Position numbers and translations under genes: made by a program. Positions 19,261 to 29,266 of a DNA stretch of 64,000 nt are shown here, piece after piece. Numbering within the stretch: position 1 is the first letter of the stretch; each line of letters begins with the position of its first letter. Origin of the DNA: an uncultured delta proteobacterium (GTDB taxonomy: Bacteria; Desulfobacterota; Binatia; UBA9968); NCBI GenBank assembly GCA_963727625.1, contig CAVSHR010000011.1, positions 224,001-288,000 on the forward strand, given 5' to 3'. Below the pieces are notes generated by a model. It saw only the letters and a list, made by a program, of their open reading frames with translations. It searched no databases and was not told the DNA's origin.

Positions 19261-19470
19261 TGTGGGATTTGTAGCGGGACAGTAAGTTATTGGTAAATGT
19301 TTTGAGATTTTAAAGATGAATTTCAGGATTCGAGCAACACGATTAGTCCAACAAACCAAGTGGCGATAAATTTAGACCATAAATCACCGCCAGGCGAGTC
19401 CGGATTCTAGTTGCCTTTGCTTTGTTAAGCAAAATCGCTCGATGTGAAGTTCTAGGCGGTTTGCATTTGA

Positions 19471-20760
19471 ATGAGTTCTCCCTGTCAGTTGAGAAGCGAA
19501 CCAATTGTAGGAAAGCTTCCGATGATCAAAATCGTCGAGCGCTTCGGCACACCGCTTTTTGTATATGATAGTGCAATCCTCGAGCTGAAGTGGAACCTGT
19601 TACGCAAAACATATCCATCTGAATTCGCCATTAGTTATTCTGTTAAGGCCAATCCAAATCCCGCCATCATTCGCTTTTTCCTTTCGCTGGGCTGCGGCGT
19701 TGAGATTGCCTCAGGGGGAGAATTTTTCTTGGCTCTGAAGGCGGATTGTCCAGCTCAAAATATCCTATTCGCCGGGCCGGGAAAAACTGAAGAGGAGCTC
19801 GAGTACGTTCTCGCCAATGACATTGGCGAGATCCATTCAGAATCGTTGCTAGAAGTTGAACGAATCAGCGCCATCAGCCGGAAGTTGGGTCTGCGTGCAC
19901 GAGTTGCTCTTCGTATCAACCCAAGTGAAGAAGTTCAGGGTGGAGCAATGCGCATGGGCGGAAAGCCGGTGCAGTTCGGTATTGACGAGGAAATTGTGGA
20001 AGCTGCGATCGACCGAGTGACCAGCGATTCGGCCTTCGAATTCCGGGGATTGCACCTGTTTTCCGGCACGCAAATTTTGGATCATGCGGTTTTGATCCGA
20101 CAGTATCGCAAAGGGATAGAGCTTGGGCTGAAGACAGCGAAAAAAATCGGTCGACCGATTCATACTTTAGATTTTGGCGGTGGTCTCGGCATCCCGTATT
20201 TTCCGAACGAAACACCGCTGGACATGGATGCCTTGCGCGATGGACTTTCCGAATTGATGACGGAGGTCAGGCGAGAGCCGCTATTCTCGGGGACGAGGTT
20301 CATGCTGGAGCCGGGCCGGTATCTGGTCGGTGAAGCGGGGATCTATGTCACACGTGTCATCGATAAAAAGGTATCCCGGGGTAAAACTTATCTGATTGTC
20401 GACGGTGGCATGAACCATCATCTGGCGGCGTCCGGCAATCTCGGACAGGTGATCAAACGGAATTTTCCCGTCGCCATCATTGATAAGCCAACCGGAGGCT
20501 GCACGGAAAAAGTCGATGTTGTCGGGCCTCTCTGTACCCCGCTTGATGTTCTCGCGAGAGATGTGGATCTGCCTAAAGCGGAGGTCGGCGATCTGGTCGC
20601 CGTGTTGCAATCCGGAGCGTACGCGCGCACGGCAAGTCCTCTGGATTTCTTGAGTCATCCGCACCCGGCGGAGGTTTTGGTTTTCAACGGCCAAGTGGAA
20701 CTGATACGGCGCCGGGGCACTTACGAAGACTTGCTCCGGGATATCCCGCAGAATTTCTAG
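19471..20760 (+). CDS. Group IV PLP-dependent decarboxylase, exosortase A system-associated (TIGR03099/BtrK-like)
   Basis: YSVKANP (PLP Lys), GPGKT, MRMGGKPVQFGIDEE, DFGGGLGIPYF, EPGRYLVGEAG, DGGMNHHLAASGNLGQVIKRNFP, GPLCTPLD. Confidence 0.9.
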   Translation: MSSPCQLRSEPIVGKLPMIKIVERFGTPLFVYDSAILELKWNLLRKTYPSEFAISYSVKANPNPAIIRFFLSLGCGVEIASGGEFFLALKADCPAQNILFAGPGKTEEELEYVLANDIGEIHSESLLEVERISAISRKLGLRARVALRINPSEEVQGGAMRMGGKPVQFGIDEEIVEAAIDRVTSDSAFEFRGLHLFSGTQILDHAVLIRQYRKGIELGLKTAKKIGRPIHTLDFGGGLGIPYFPNETPLDMDALRDGLSELMTEVRREPLFSGTRFMLEPGRYLVGEAGIYVTRVIDKKVSRGKTYLIVDGGMNHHLAASGNLGQVIKRNFPVAIIDKPTGGCTEKVDVVGPLCTPLDVLARDVDLPKAEVGDLVAVLQSGAYARTASPLDFLSHPHPAEVLVFNGQVELIRRRGTYEDLLRDIPQNF

Positions 20761-20859
20761 AAATCGATGGGCGAACAATTCTTACTGCCGAAGGACCCGC
20801 TGCTTTCCTTCGGCATGCTCTTGCCTTCTTCCAGACGCCGGGAGAAGCCGTTATAACCG

Positions 20860-22107
20860 ATGCCGAAAATTTTGATGGTAGCCTTCCATTACCCGCCGTT
20901 TCGGGGTGGTAGTGGGGTTCATCGCACTCTGAAGTTTTCCCATTATCTGCCCCAGTACGGTTGGTTGCCGATGGTTCTTAGCGCGCATCCGCGCGCTTAT
21001 CCGCAAGTGGGAGAGGAGCAAATCCAACAAATACCGAGCGACGTAGTGGTGGAGAGGGCGTTTGCTTTGGACGCGTCCAGGCATCTTGCGATCGGCGGTC
21101 GCTATACGAGATTGACAGCGTTGCCAGACCCTTGGAGCAGCTGGTGGTTGGGGGCTGTGTGGGCGGGTTTGAAGTTGATCCATCGCCATCGGCCGGCCGT
21201 CCTTTGGTCGACTTACCCCATTGCCACTGCGCATCTGATCGGGCTCACGCTGCATCGATTGAGCGGTATTCCGTGGGTGGCCGATTTTCGAGACTCCATG
21301 ACCGAAGCAAATTATCCCCGAGACTACTGGTCGCGCCGAAGTTATCTTTGGATTGAAAAACAAGCGGTTCGATACGCATCCCGTCTGATTTTCACAGCGC
21401 CGTCGACGCTGGAAATGTATCTTCAACGGTATCCCGCGCTGACGGCTGACCGCTGTCTCCTGATACCCAACGGTTACGACGAAGAAGATTTTACGGATAT
21501 TGAAGCTGGAAGGACCGGGGCGACGACAAAGGATCGGCCGATCCGACTGCTGCACGCCGGTCTGATCTATACCGATGATCGGGATCCGCGGGCATTTTTT
21601 CGCGCCCTTTCCCGGTTGAAAAAAAACGGTGCGATCGATAGCCGTGTGCTGACTATCGATCTGCGAGCGAGCGGCTCCGAGGCCTATTACACCGATCTGC
21701 TGAGGCAACTGGGTATCTGCGATTTGGTTCGGCTCTTGCCTGCACTATCCCATCGACAGGCTTTGCAGGATTGCGCGGATGCAGACGGTTTTTTGTTGTT
21801 TCAAGCGGCTTCCTGCAATCACCAGATCCCTGCGAAGGTTTATGAATATTTGTATCTGGGCAAGCCGATCCTCGCCTTAACCCCGCCGGAAGGGGATACC
21901 GGTCGCGTCCTCGGGGAGGTCGGCGGTGCGACCATCGTCGACCTGGCGGATGAAGAAGGAATCTATCGGGTCCTGGGGAGCTTTGTCGAAGCTTTGCGCG
22001 CGGGCCGCCACGCGCTGCCCGACGCCGAGCAAGTAATGCGATTCTCGCGAAAATATTACGCCAAGCAGCTCGCGGAATGTTTGTCGGAACTGGCCAAAGC
22101 TCATTAG
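20860..22107 (+). CDS. GT4-like glycosyltransferase
   Basis: MVAFHYPP..GSGVHR, LWSTYPIATAH, WVADFRD, IPNGYDEEDF, QIPAKVYEY. Confidence 0.88.
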   Translation: MPKILMVAFHYPPFRGGSGVHRTLKFSHYLPQYGWLPMVLSAHPRAYPQVGEEQIQQIPSDVVVERAFALDASRHLAIGGRYTRLTALPDPWSSWWLGAVWAGLKLIHRHRPAVLWSTYPIATAHLIGLTLHRLSGIPWVADFRDSMTEANYPRDYWSRRSYLWIEKQAVRYASRLIFTAPSTLEMYLQRYPALTADRCLLIPNGYDEEDFTDIEAGRTGATTKDRPIRLLHAGLIYTDDRDPRAFFRALSRLKKNGAIDSRVLTIDLRASGSEAYYTDLLRQLGICDLVRLLPALSHRQALQDCADADGFLLFQAASCNHQIPAKVYEYLYLGKPILALTPPEGDTGRVLGEVGGATIVDLADEEGIYRVLGSFVEALRAGRHALPDAEQVMRFSRKYYAKQLAECLSELAKAH

Positions 22108-22119
22108 GGTGACCATTCC

Positions 22120-23469
22120 ATGAGAGATATTGTTGTCGTCGCGGCTGTGCTGATCGCGTCGATCATCGGCCTGGTTCGTCCCGTGGTCGGCTTCTATACC
22201 TTCGCCTTTTTGGGGTTTTTTAGCCCGCAAAGTTATACCTGGTCATTTGGGCAAACCGTGCCGCTGTCACAAATTGCCGCGATCGCCACGATCATCGGCA
22301 TGATTGTATCGCCCGAGCGCCGGTGGCTGTCGATCCAGCGGGAGACCCTCATTATCGTGGCGCTATGGGTGATGTTTGTCGTTTCATCCATGCTCGCCCT
22401 TTATCCGGATCTCGCGTTCGAACAGCTCATTTACGTCTCGAAAGTATTTTTGATGATCGTGGTCGGGACCATTCTGGTAAACAGCCAGGAGCGCCTCAAC
22501 ACACTGATCCGGATCATCGCCTATTCCATCGGGTTTTACGCATTAAAAGGGGGAATATCGGCGGTCGTCGGCGGCGGGAATTTTCTAGTCTATGGTCCGG
22601 AATTGAGTTTTCTATACGCAAACAATTCCATCGGCTTGGCCATGGCGATCAATCTCCCGCTGCTCCACTATCTGTACCAAATAGAGAAAAAAGCGCTTGT
22701 GCGAAAGCTCCTCGCCGCGATTATGTTGTTTTCGATCCCGGCAATCATCTTTACCTACTCCCGAGGAGCCTGGCTCGGCATGGTGGCGGCGCTTGCCTTG
22801 ATGTTTCTAAAGATGAAACAAAAGGCGTTGATCGTGAGTTTTGTCGGTTTGGTCGGAGTGATCGTCGCGGGCCTGTTCCCGCACATCGCGCCGGAGCGCC
22901 TGGTCACGCGCTACGATACTCTGGTGAACTATGAACAAGATGCATCGGCTGAGAGCCGTTTTTGGAACTGGGAGTTTTGCCGGCGCGTCGGCATGGGACG
23001 TCCGACCGGGGGCGGTTTTATGTTTGAATCCAACGCTACCTATCAAACTTACTATCCTGAGTTCTTAGAGCGCTGGCCTGGCAAGAATTGGACCTGTCAT
23101 AGCGTCTGGTTCTCCATGTTGGGGGACCACGGCGTGGGCGGTTTCTTGTTATGGATTCTGTTGATTTTGTCCTCTGTTAAGAGCCTGCGGCAACTGCGCA
23201 TCGAAGGACAAAAGCATCCCGAACTTTCATGGCTCAAACCCTTGGCGGAATCGATTAAAGCCGCGATGGTGGTCTATCTGATCGTTGGAACCTTCCTCGA
23301 TGCGGCTTATTTTGACCTGTTTTACTATTTGGTGGCGATCATCGTAATTGCCAAGGCAATCGTTCAATCCAGCCCGGTGCCGGAGATCGTTACCTCCACT
23401 ATGAATGCCGGTAGGAGTCGGGTTCGCGGCGAACCGGGACTCATTGCAGACCCATCGAGGCACGTTTAG
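22120..23469 (+). CDS. Putative O-glycosylation ligase/polymerase, exosortase A-associated (TIGR03097-like, Wzy_C)
   Basis: MRD start, about 12 TM segments, KGG, NNSIGLA, TYSRGA, DASAESR..W, HSVWF..LGDHG. Confidence 0.85.
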   Translation: MRDIVVVAAVLIASIIGLVRPVVGFYTFAFLGFFSPQSYTWSFGQTVPLSQIAAIATIIGMIVSPERRWLSIQRETLIIVALWVMFVVSSMLALYPDLAFEQLIYVSKVFLMIVVGTILVNSQERLNTLIRIIAYSIGFYALKGGISAVVGGGNFLVYGPELSFLYANNSIGLAMAINLPLLHYLYQIEKKALVRKLLAAIMLFSIPAIIFTYSRGAWLGMVAALALMFLKMKQKALIVSFVGLVGVIVAGLFPHIAPERLVTRYDTLVNYEQDASAESRFWNWEFCRRVGMGRPTGGGFMFESNATYQTYYPEFLERWPGKNWTCHSVWFSMLGDHGVGGFLLWILLILSSVKSLRQLRIEGQKHPELSWLKPLAESIKAAMVVYLIVGTFLDAAYFDLFYYLVAIIVIAKAIVQSSPVPEIVTSTMNAGRSRVRGEPGLIADPSRHV

Positions 23470-23471
23470 CG

Positions 23472-25418
23472 ATGTGCGGTATTTACGGCATCTATGGCTC
23501 CGTGTCCGACCATGGTTGCGCTAAAACCCAGTTGGCCAAGATGGCCGGCGTAATGCGCCACCGCGGACCGGACGATCACGGTGAGTATATCAACCATCGG
23601 GTCATGCTCGGCATGCGCCGGCTCAGCATTATCGACCTCGAAGGCGGGCACCAGCCGATTGCCAACGAGGATGACTCCGTGCAGGTCGTGTGCAACGGCG
23701 AGATCTATAATTTCCGCGAGCTGCGCGCCGAGCTGGAGGCGAAAGGACATGTCTTTCGCACGAACTCCGACACGGAGGTCGTGGTTCACTTGTACGAGGA
23801 GGAGGGACTCGGGTTGTTCTTGCGGTTGCGCGGCATGTTTGCCATCGCCCTTTGGGACGAAACCCGATCGCGGCTGGTGCTGGGGCGCGACCGGCTGGGC
23901 AAAAAGCCGCTTTACATGGCCCGGGAGGCGGATCGAGTCCTATTCGCATCGGAGATTAAATCCATCCTTGAGGTCAGGCAGGCGGCGCGTCGGATCAATC
24001 CGCAGGCACTGCGCGAATACCTCGCGCTGGGTTACGTGCCGGCGCCGCTGACTTTGCTGGACGGAATTGAAAAACTCTTGCCGGGTTTTTATGCGGTGAT
24101 CGACGACGGCGGGGTTCGATGCGAGCAGTACTGGGAGGTTCCATTAGAAACCGAGGAGGCGGTTTCGGAGTCCGAATGGATCGAGCGAGTTCGGGAAAAA
24201 TTTCTTGAATCGGTGCGCATCCGTCTGATCAGCGACGTTCCGTTGGGCGCGTTTCTCAGCGGCGGTATCGACTCGAGCGCGATCGTCGCGGCCATGGCCC
24301 GTCTGACCGACCAGCCGGTTAAAACTTACTCCATCGGGTTTGAAGGCGCGGACAGTTTTTACAATGAACTGCCCTATGCGCGGATCGTCGCAAACGCCTT
24401 CAAGACAGATCATCATGAGATCATCGTCCGCCCGGAAATCGCCAACTTGCTGCCGTCCTTGATCTGGTATCTCGATGAGCCGATTGCCGATTCCGCATTT
24501 GTGACAACATACTTGGTTGCGCGACTGGCGAGCCGGAGCGTCAAGGTTATACTCTCTGGGGTTGGCGGCGACGAGCTGTTCGGCGGTTATAGGCGCTACC
24601 TGGGCGATTCGATCGCCGGTTACTACCGCATGCTGCCTGAGGCTTTGCGCAAGAAATGGCTGCCCGGGTTAGTTGCCGCGTTGCCCCAGGACCGCCACTC
24701 GAACATAAAAAACTATCTCCGATATGCCGACGCTTTTCTAAAGACCGCCGAAGGCGACTCGTCATCGCGGTATATGAGTTACGTGACGCTTTTCTCAGCC
24801 GACTTACAGAGCCATCTGCTGGACCGCGGCGTGAATGGAAATGGGGCGACGCACGTGGATGGCCTAGCCTCGGAGATCATGGGCCAATATTTCGACGACG
24901 GAAAGGCCTGCACGGGTTTAAATCGTTTAATCTATGTCGACTTGAAAACATCTCTGGCGGACGATCTGCTGGCCTTGACCGATAAGATGACCATGGCCGC
25001 ATCGATCGAGTGCCGCGCGCCGTTCATGGATCAGGAGTTGGTGGAGCTCGCGTCGGCCATGCCGGCCTCTTTCAAAGTGCATGGGCTAACCATGAAGTAC
25101 CTGCTTAAAAAGGCCGTCAGGCCGTGGTTGCCCAAGGAAATCATCAACCGGAAAAAAAGAGGCTTTGGCGCGCCGATGGGAGCGTGGTTTCGAAACGATC
25201 TCGGGCCACTTGTGAAAAGTCTTCTGTCTGAGGGTCAGGTCAAAAGGCGCGGGCTTTTTAACTGGAGCGCGGTCGAGGAGATCATTGGCCGGCATATGGC
25301 GCAGAAGAACGATTACACCGACCAGCTGCTGGCATTGGTGAATTTGGAACTCTGGTGCCGGATCTTTTTGGATGGCGCCGATCACCGCGACGTGGCCGCG
25401 GTCATGGGCAATCGATGA
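23472..25418 (+). CDS. asnB: Asparagine synthase (glutamine-hydrolyzing)-type amidotransferase, probably amidating a glycan
   Basis: MCGI, HRGPDD, RRLSIIDL, NGEIYNF, LSGGIDSS, SGVGGDELFGGY, RKKRGF. Confidence 0.9.
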   Translation: MCGIYGIYGSVSDHGCAKTQLAKMAGVMRHRGPDDHGEYINHRVMLGMRRLSIIDLEGGHQPIANEDDSVQVVCNGEIYNFRELRAELEAKGHVFRTNSDTEVVVHLYEEEGLGLFLRLRGMFAIALWDETRSRLVLGRDRLGKKPLYMAREADRVLFASEIKSILEVRQAARRINPQALREYLALGYVPAPLTLLDGIEKLLPGFYAVIDDGGVRCEQYWEVPLETEEAVSESEWIERVREKFLESVRIRLISDVPLGAFLSGGIDSSAIVAAMARLTDQPVKTYSIGFEGADSFYNELPYARIVANAFKTDHHEIIVRPEIANLLPSLIWYLDEPIADSAFVTTYLVARLASRSVKVILSGVGGDELFGGYRRYLGDSIAGYYRMLPEALRKKWLPGLVAALPQDRHSNIKNYLRYADAFLKTAEGDSSSRYMSYVTLFSADLQSHLLDRGVNGNGATHVDGLASEIMGQYFDDGKACTGLNRLIYVDLKTSLADDLLALTDKMTMAASIECRAPFMDQELVELASAMPASFKVHGLTMKYLLKKAVRPWLPKEIINRKKRGFGAPMGAWFRNDLGPLVKSLLSEGQVKRRGLFNWSAVEEIIGRHMAQKNDYTDQLLALVNLELWCRIFLDGADHRDVAAVMGNR

Positions 25419-25425
25419 GCAGGGG

Positions 25426-26619
25426 ATGAAAATCCTGTTTGTCTGCCATCGGCTGCCCTATCCGCCCAACCGAGGCGGTAAGATTCGCCCTTTCAACATG
25501 ATTCGCCACTTGAGCCGGCGGCATTCGGTGACGGTGGCGAGCCTGGCGCATACCGAGGAAGAGCTCACGCAGGGCGCTGGGCTCAGAGAATATTGTGCCG
25601 AGGTCATGGCGGAGATCCTTCCGGATCGCACGCGTTGGTGGCAGGCGGTTAAGGCGCTACCCACGTCGATGCCGTCCTCCGTTGCTTACTTTTTTTCCGA
25701 TCGCTTGAATCAGCGGATCAAGGCGAAACTTGCAAGCGAAAACTTTGATTTGATTTTCGTTCACTGCGCCTTCGTCGCGCAATATGTTCTCGATTGGGAC
25801 AGCACCCGTCGCATCATCGATTTCGGCGACCTCGACTCGGGGAAGTGGGCGGAGTATTCGCGCACGAGAGCTTTTCCGCTGTCCCTCGGCTATGCCATAG
25901 AAGCGCGCAAGCTGCGTCGGTACGAGGCCGCAGTGGCTCGCGCGTTTAGTGCCTGCTCGGTCACGACTCGCGGTGAAATGGACGAGTTCCATACGCTTGA
26001 TGCCGGCGTGCCCTGCACTCTCATCCCTAACGGCGTGGACACGAACTATTTCTCGTTGAACGGTGCGCGCAAAGAGGAAGGCCCGGTAATCGCCTTCCTT
26101 GGCCGAATGGATTATTTCCCCAATATCGATGGCGTCAGCTATTTCGTCGAGCAAATCTGGCCGATCATTCAGCGGAAAAGGCCGGACGCTCGCTTTCGCA
26201 TCATCGGCTCGAATCCCGCCAGTAAAGTTCGCGGCCTCGCCGAAATCCATGGTATCTCGGTCACAGGCTATGTGGCGGATGTCAGGCCCCATCTTGCAGG
26301 CGTGATGATGTCCGTGGCGCCGTTGAGAATTGCGCGCGGAACGCAAAATAAGGTGTTGGAATCGATGGCGATGGGCGTCCCGGTTGTTACCACGTCCCAG
26401 GCGGCAAAGGGGATAGAAGCGATTACCGGAAAACACCTGCTGGTCGCGGACGACCCGGAAGGGTTTGCCGCGCAAGTCGTCGCGCTTATGGACAATCCAC
26501 GATGGCGGCACGAATTGTCGGAAGCCGGGCGCCGCCAAGTGGAAGCGGCCCACGTGTGGTCAGCGTCTATGAAGATTCTAGACGGTCTTGTGACAGACAG
26601 CAGCATTCGGCGCGGCTGA
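25426..26619 (+). CDS. GT4 glycosyltransferase, PEP-CTERM/exosortase A-associated (TIGR03087-like)
   Basis: HRLPYPPNRGGKIR, DFGDLDSGKW..Y, GRMDYFPN, APLRIARGTQNKVLE. Confidence 0.92.
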   Translation: MKILFVCHRLPYPPNRGGKIRPFNMIRHLSRRHSVTVASLAHTEEELTQGAGLREYCAEVMAEILPDRTRWWQAVKALPTSMPSSVAYFFSDRLNQRIKAKLASENFDLIFVHCAFVAQYVLDWDSTRRIIDFGDLDSGKWAEYSRTRAFPLSLGYAIEARKLRRYEAAVARAFSACSVTTRGEMDEFHTLDAGVPCTLIPNGVDTNYFSLNGARKEEGPVIAFLGRMDYFPNIDGVSYFVEQIWPIIQRKRPDARFRIIGSNPASKVRGLAEIHGISVTGYVADVRPHLAGVMMSVAPLRIARGTQNKVLESMAMGVPVVTTSQAAKGIEAITGKHLLVADDPEGFAAQVVALMDNPRWRHELSEAGRRQVEAAHVWSASMKILDGLVTDSSIRRG

Positions 26620-26677
26620 TAACAGTTAAAGGTTAGAGGCGACGTATCTTTCTAGAATAATATCGAGACGGAATTTT

Positions 26678-29209
26678 TTACTGAATACTTAAACTACTCG
26701 GCGCCGTAGGAGGTTGTGTCTTGACGGTGCCGCCACCGCCGCTTGCGCCAGGATCGCCCGGGTCCTGTGTGGCGATAATCAGCTCGTCGTACCAAGTATA
26801 AGCAGTTGGATGCGCAACGCTGCCATTAGCGCCCGTGCTATACGGCGTCAGCCATATTTTCCCGTATCTACACGGATCGGAGGCAACGCAGTCGGTGCCG
26901 CCGGGTGCCCGTATGGGTTGGGACCAATCATGCGCAAGCTGTCGCGCCTGTCCGTCTCGGGCAATCCAGACTTTGATGTTTTGCTGGTTGCCTGCCCATA
27001 CCGGGATGCCATTTATTGTGGTTCGATCACCTAGAGTTACTTTGACCGTGTAAGTCACCCATTCATCGGGAACAAACGCGATGCAGTTTCCGGCGGGAGG
27101 GAAAAAGGTCTTAGGATCTGTTTTGCCTTGCGAATACAAACAGTAAGGGCTTGGGCGGCCATTTTGCAGCTTGAAATCAGTTGGCGGGACGTACTCCTCG
27201 AATCCCGCGTAGACGCCGCAGGCATTATACATCTGCAGGAAGCCGCGATAGCCGCCGTTGTTGGTTACCAGCTCGATAGCGCTGCACGAGGTTGCGCAAT
27301 TCCCTGCTGATGTTGACGGGGTGCAGGCCGGTTTGTCACCGTCCCCGACCATTGATATTTTCCAACCGCCGCCGGAATTAAGGTTAATAAAGCCACTCGT
27401 CATTCGTTGGCGCCACTGATACCAAAACTCGCTGTTAGCTCCGAACGTGACCGAAAGATCATCGGTAAAGTTGGCAAACCACTGGCCCGCCGATCCAGCA
27501 CTATCGTTAGTCGGCACGGTAAATCTCATTGATCCCGCGCCGCCGGCTTTGACGGTCGTATCGATTTCCGGGCAATAGTTTGGCGGCGTACAGTTTCCCG
27601 CGTTATTAAACCTGCCCACGCGATTCCCATAGTTGCCACCCAAGTCTGCCGTAGTGTCGAAACTGAAGCATCGTACTACGCCCGGCTGTGCGCACCGTGT
27701 CGCAAAATCTGTACTTCCGCTGGGCGGAGGCGTTGTAACAGCTATTTGCGTGGTTGTGGTGGATGGGGCCGATTGTCCGGAAGTGTTGCCGGCGGCGTCA
27801 TAAGCCGCGACTGTATAGGTATAGCTCGTGGAAGAAGAAAGATTTGAGTCTGAGTATGCACTTGTCGTGGCAACGCCAACTTGGGCGCCGCCGCGATAAA
27901 TCTTGTATCCTTGGACACCGACGTTGTCGGTCGAAGCCGCCCAGGAAATGTTGATCTGAGTGGCAGACACGGCGACGGAAGAAACACCGCTGGGAATCGA
28001 AGGTGCGACCGTATCGGACGGTGGTGAAGGCGATTTGGTTCCAGGGCTATGCCTGTAAAGATAAATTTTCCCGCCCGACGAACTACCTGACGACGCGAAC
28101 ATAATCACGCCGTAATTGGGAATCGGGATAGCGACGGTTTCGCTTACGCCGCCTTCTGGACCTGGAAACATCGGGCTCGTGCGGGCAATCGTGTTCCAAG
28201 TATCGGTTGACGGATTGTATTCGTACATCGTCGTCGTCGCGTCCGAATAGCCCCAAAACAGCAAGAGCCCGGTTACAGGGTCAACGGTGAAGATCGTGCC
28301 CGTTGGCGGCACTGCAATCACTGTCAGCCCTGCCGGTGGACTTGCCGCCGTCGTCCATGTGCCGTCAGCATGATAAAGATACAGATTTGTGCTGCCGTTG
28401 CCGCCGCCCAACACAACACACTGACAAAGCCAACTGTATCGAGATTGGTTGTGATAACTGCCAACCGACAATTGCGGCGTTGGACCGCCAACACCGGCTA
28501 TCCCGGCAATTTCCGTCCAGGTTCCGAGACAGTTTCCCGAAGCGAGGGATAATTCCCACACGCCCCAGTTACCGTCAAGGAATATGAGACTGTTACGGTC
28601 GGGAAAGTATTCCAATGATCCGGCGACTTGATAATTACCTGTTCCCCAAACCGAACACTGCGACCAGGTTTGCGCGGCATGAGAGTATTTCATCACCTTG
28701 CCTGTATAATACTGGCGATGGTAAATGTCGCCGGTGTTGGGATCTATTGTCGCATGACGGTAAACGTGGTTAGGGTCAGAGTTAGAGGTATCCACACCCG
28801 CTGCTGTTGGCGTGGTTAAAAGAGTCCATGCGTTAGTCGATTCCGTATATTTTGCGAAAACAAATCTGTCTCCAGTAAACGGGCCGCTGGGATGAGAAGC
28901 GCCAAGGAACATCACCGTATTATTCAAGGGGTTCCAGTGGGCCTCGTCCATATACTCCGCCGCGCTCCCGCCTGCCGGTGCCCTTAAAATATCCCCGCTG
29001 GCAAAGTTGGTTGTTGTAAGCACGGCCCACGTCCCAGGCTGCATGGAGGCTGCCAGATCGGATAGGGCAGAGCCGTACGCGAGCTGCGACGAACAGAACG
29101 GCGTCAAAAGTGTCAGAGCAAGCCAAAGTAGCGCGCGCGCTGCGCCGACGGACGTCGACTTTTTAGTCAAGGGCGCGTTGAGAAACAGGGTAGTCTTCCC
29201 GAAGTTCAT
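26678..29209 (-). CDS. Secreted multidomain protein: Kelch-like beta-propeller, FN3, and a Cys-rich lyase/lectin-like beta-sandwich
   Basis: Signal peptide; propeller blades (YTESTNAW, YNPSTDTW); FN3 DTVAPSIPSGV..ISWAASTDNVGV.GYKIYR..YTVAAYDAAGN.S; C-terminal domain with FWYQWRQR, GGWK, TWYDELII; ends PPTAPSSLSIQ. Confidence 0.8.
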   Translation of the reverse strand: MNFGKTTLFLNAPLTKKSTSVGAARALLWLALTLLTPFCSSQLAYGSALSDLAASMQPGTWAVLTTTNFASGDILRAPAGGSAAEYMDEAHWNPLNNTVMFLGASHPSGPFTGDRFVFAKYTESTNAWTLLTTPTAAGVDTSNSDPNHVYRHATIDPNTGDIYHRQYYTGKVMKYSHAAQTWSQCSVWGTGNYQVAGSLEYFPDRNSLIFLDGNWGVWELSLASGNCLGTWTEIAGIAGVGGPTPQLSVGSYHNQSRYSWLCQCVVLGGGNGSTNLYLYHADGTWTTAASPPAGLTVIAVPPTGTIFTVDPVTGLLLFWGYSDATTTMYEYNPSTDTWNTIARTSPMFPGPEGGVSETVAIPIPNYGVIMFASSGSSSGGKIYLYRHSPGTKSPSPPSDTVAPSIPSGVSSVAVSATQINISWAASTDNVGVQGYKIYRGGAQVGVATTSAYSDSNLSSSTSYTYTVAAYDAAGNTSGQSAPSTTTTQIAVTTPPPSGSTDFATRCAQPGVVRCFSFDTTADLGGNYGNRVGRFNNAGNCTPPNYCPEIDTTVKAGGAGSMRFTVPTNDSAGSAGQWFANFTDDLSVTFGANSEFWYQWRQRMTSGFINLNSGGGWKISMVGDGDKPACTPSTSAGNCATSCSAIELVTNNGGYRGFLQMYNACGVYAGFEEYVPPTDFKLQNGRPSPYCLYSQGKTDPKTFFPPAGNCIAFVPDEWVTYTVKVTLGDRTTINGIPVWAGNQQNIKVWIARDGQARQLAHDWSQPIRAPGGTDCVASDPCRYGKIWLTPYSTGANGSVAHPTAYTWYDELIIATQDPGDPGASGGGGTVKTQPPTAPSSLSIQ

Positions 29210-29266
29210 AGTCTTATTTAGTCTTTCTCTTATGAAAGTTTATATTACCGCTTTCGGTCGAAGGGT

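Noticed and set aside
19471-20760. lysA (diaminopimelate decarboxylase)
   Set aside because: The motifs (HHLAASGNLGQVI, GPLCTPLD rather than CESGD) and the context fit the exosortase-associated/BtrK-like subfamily.
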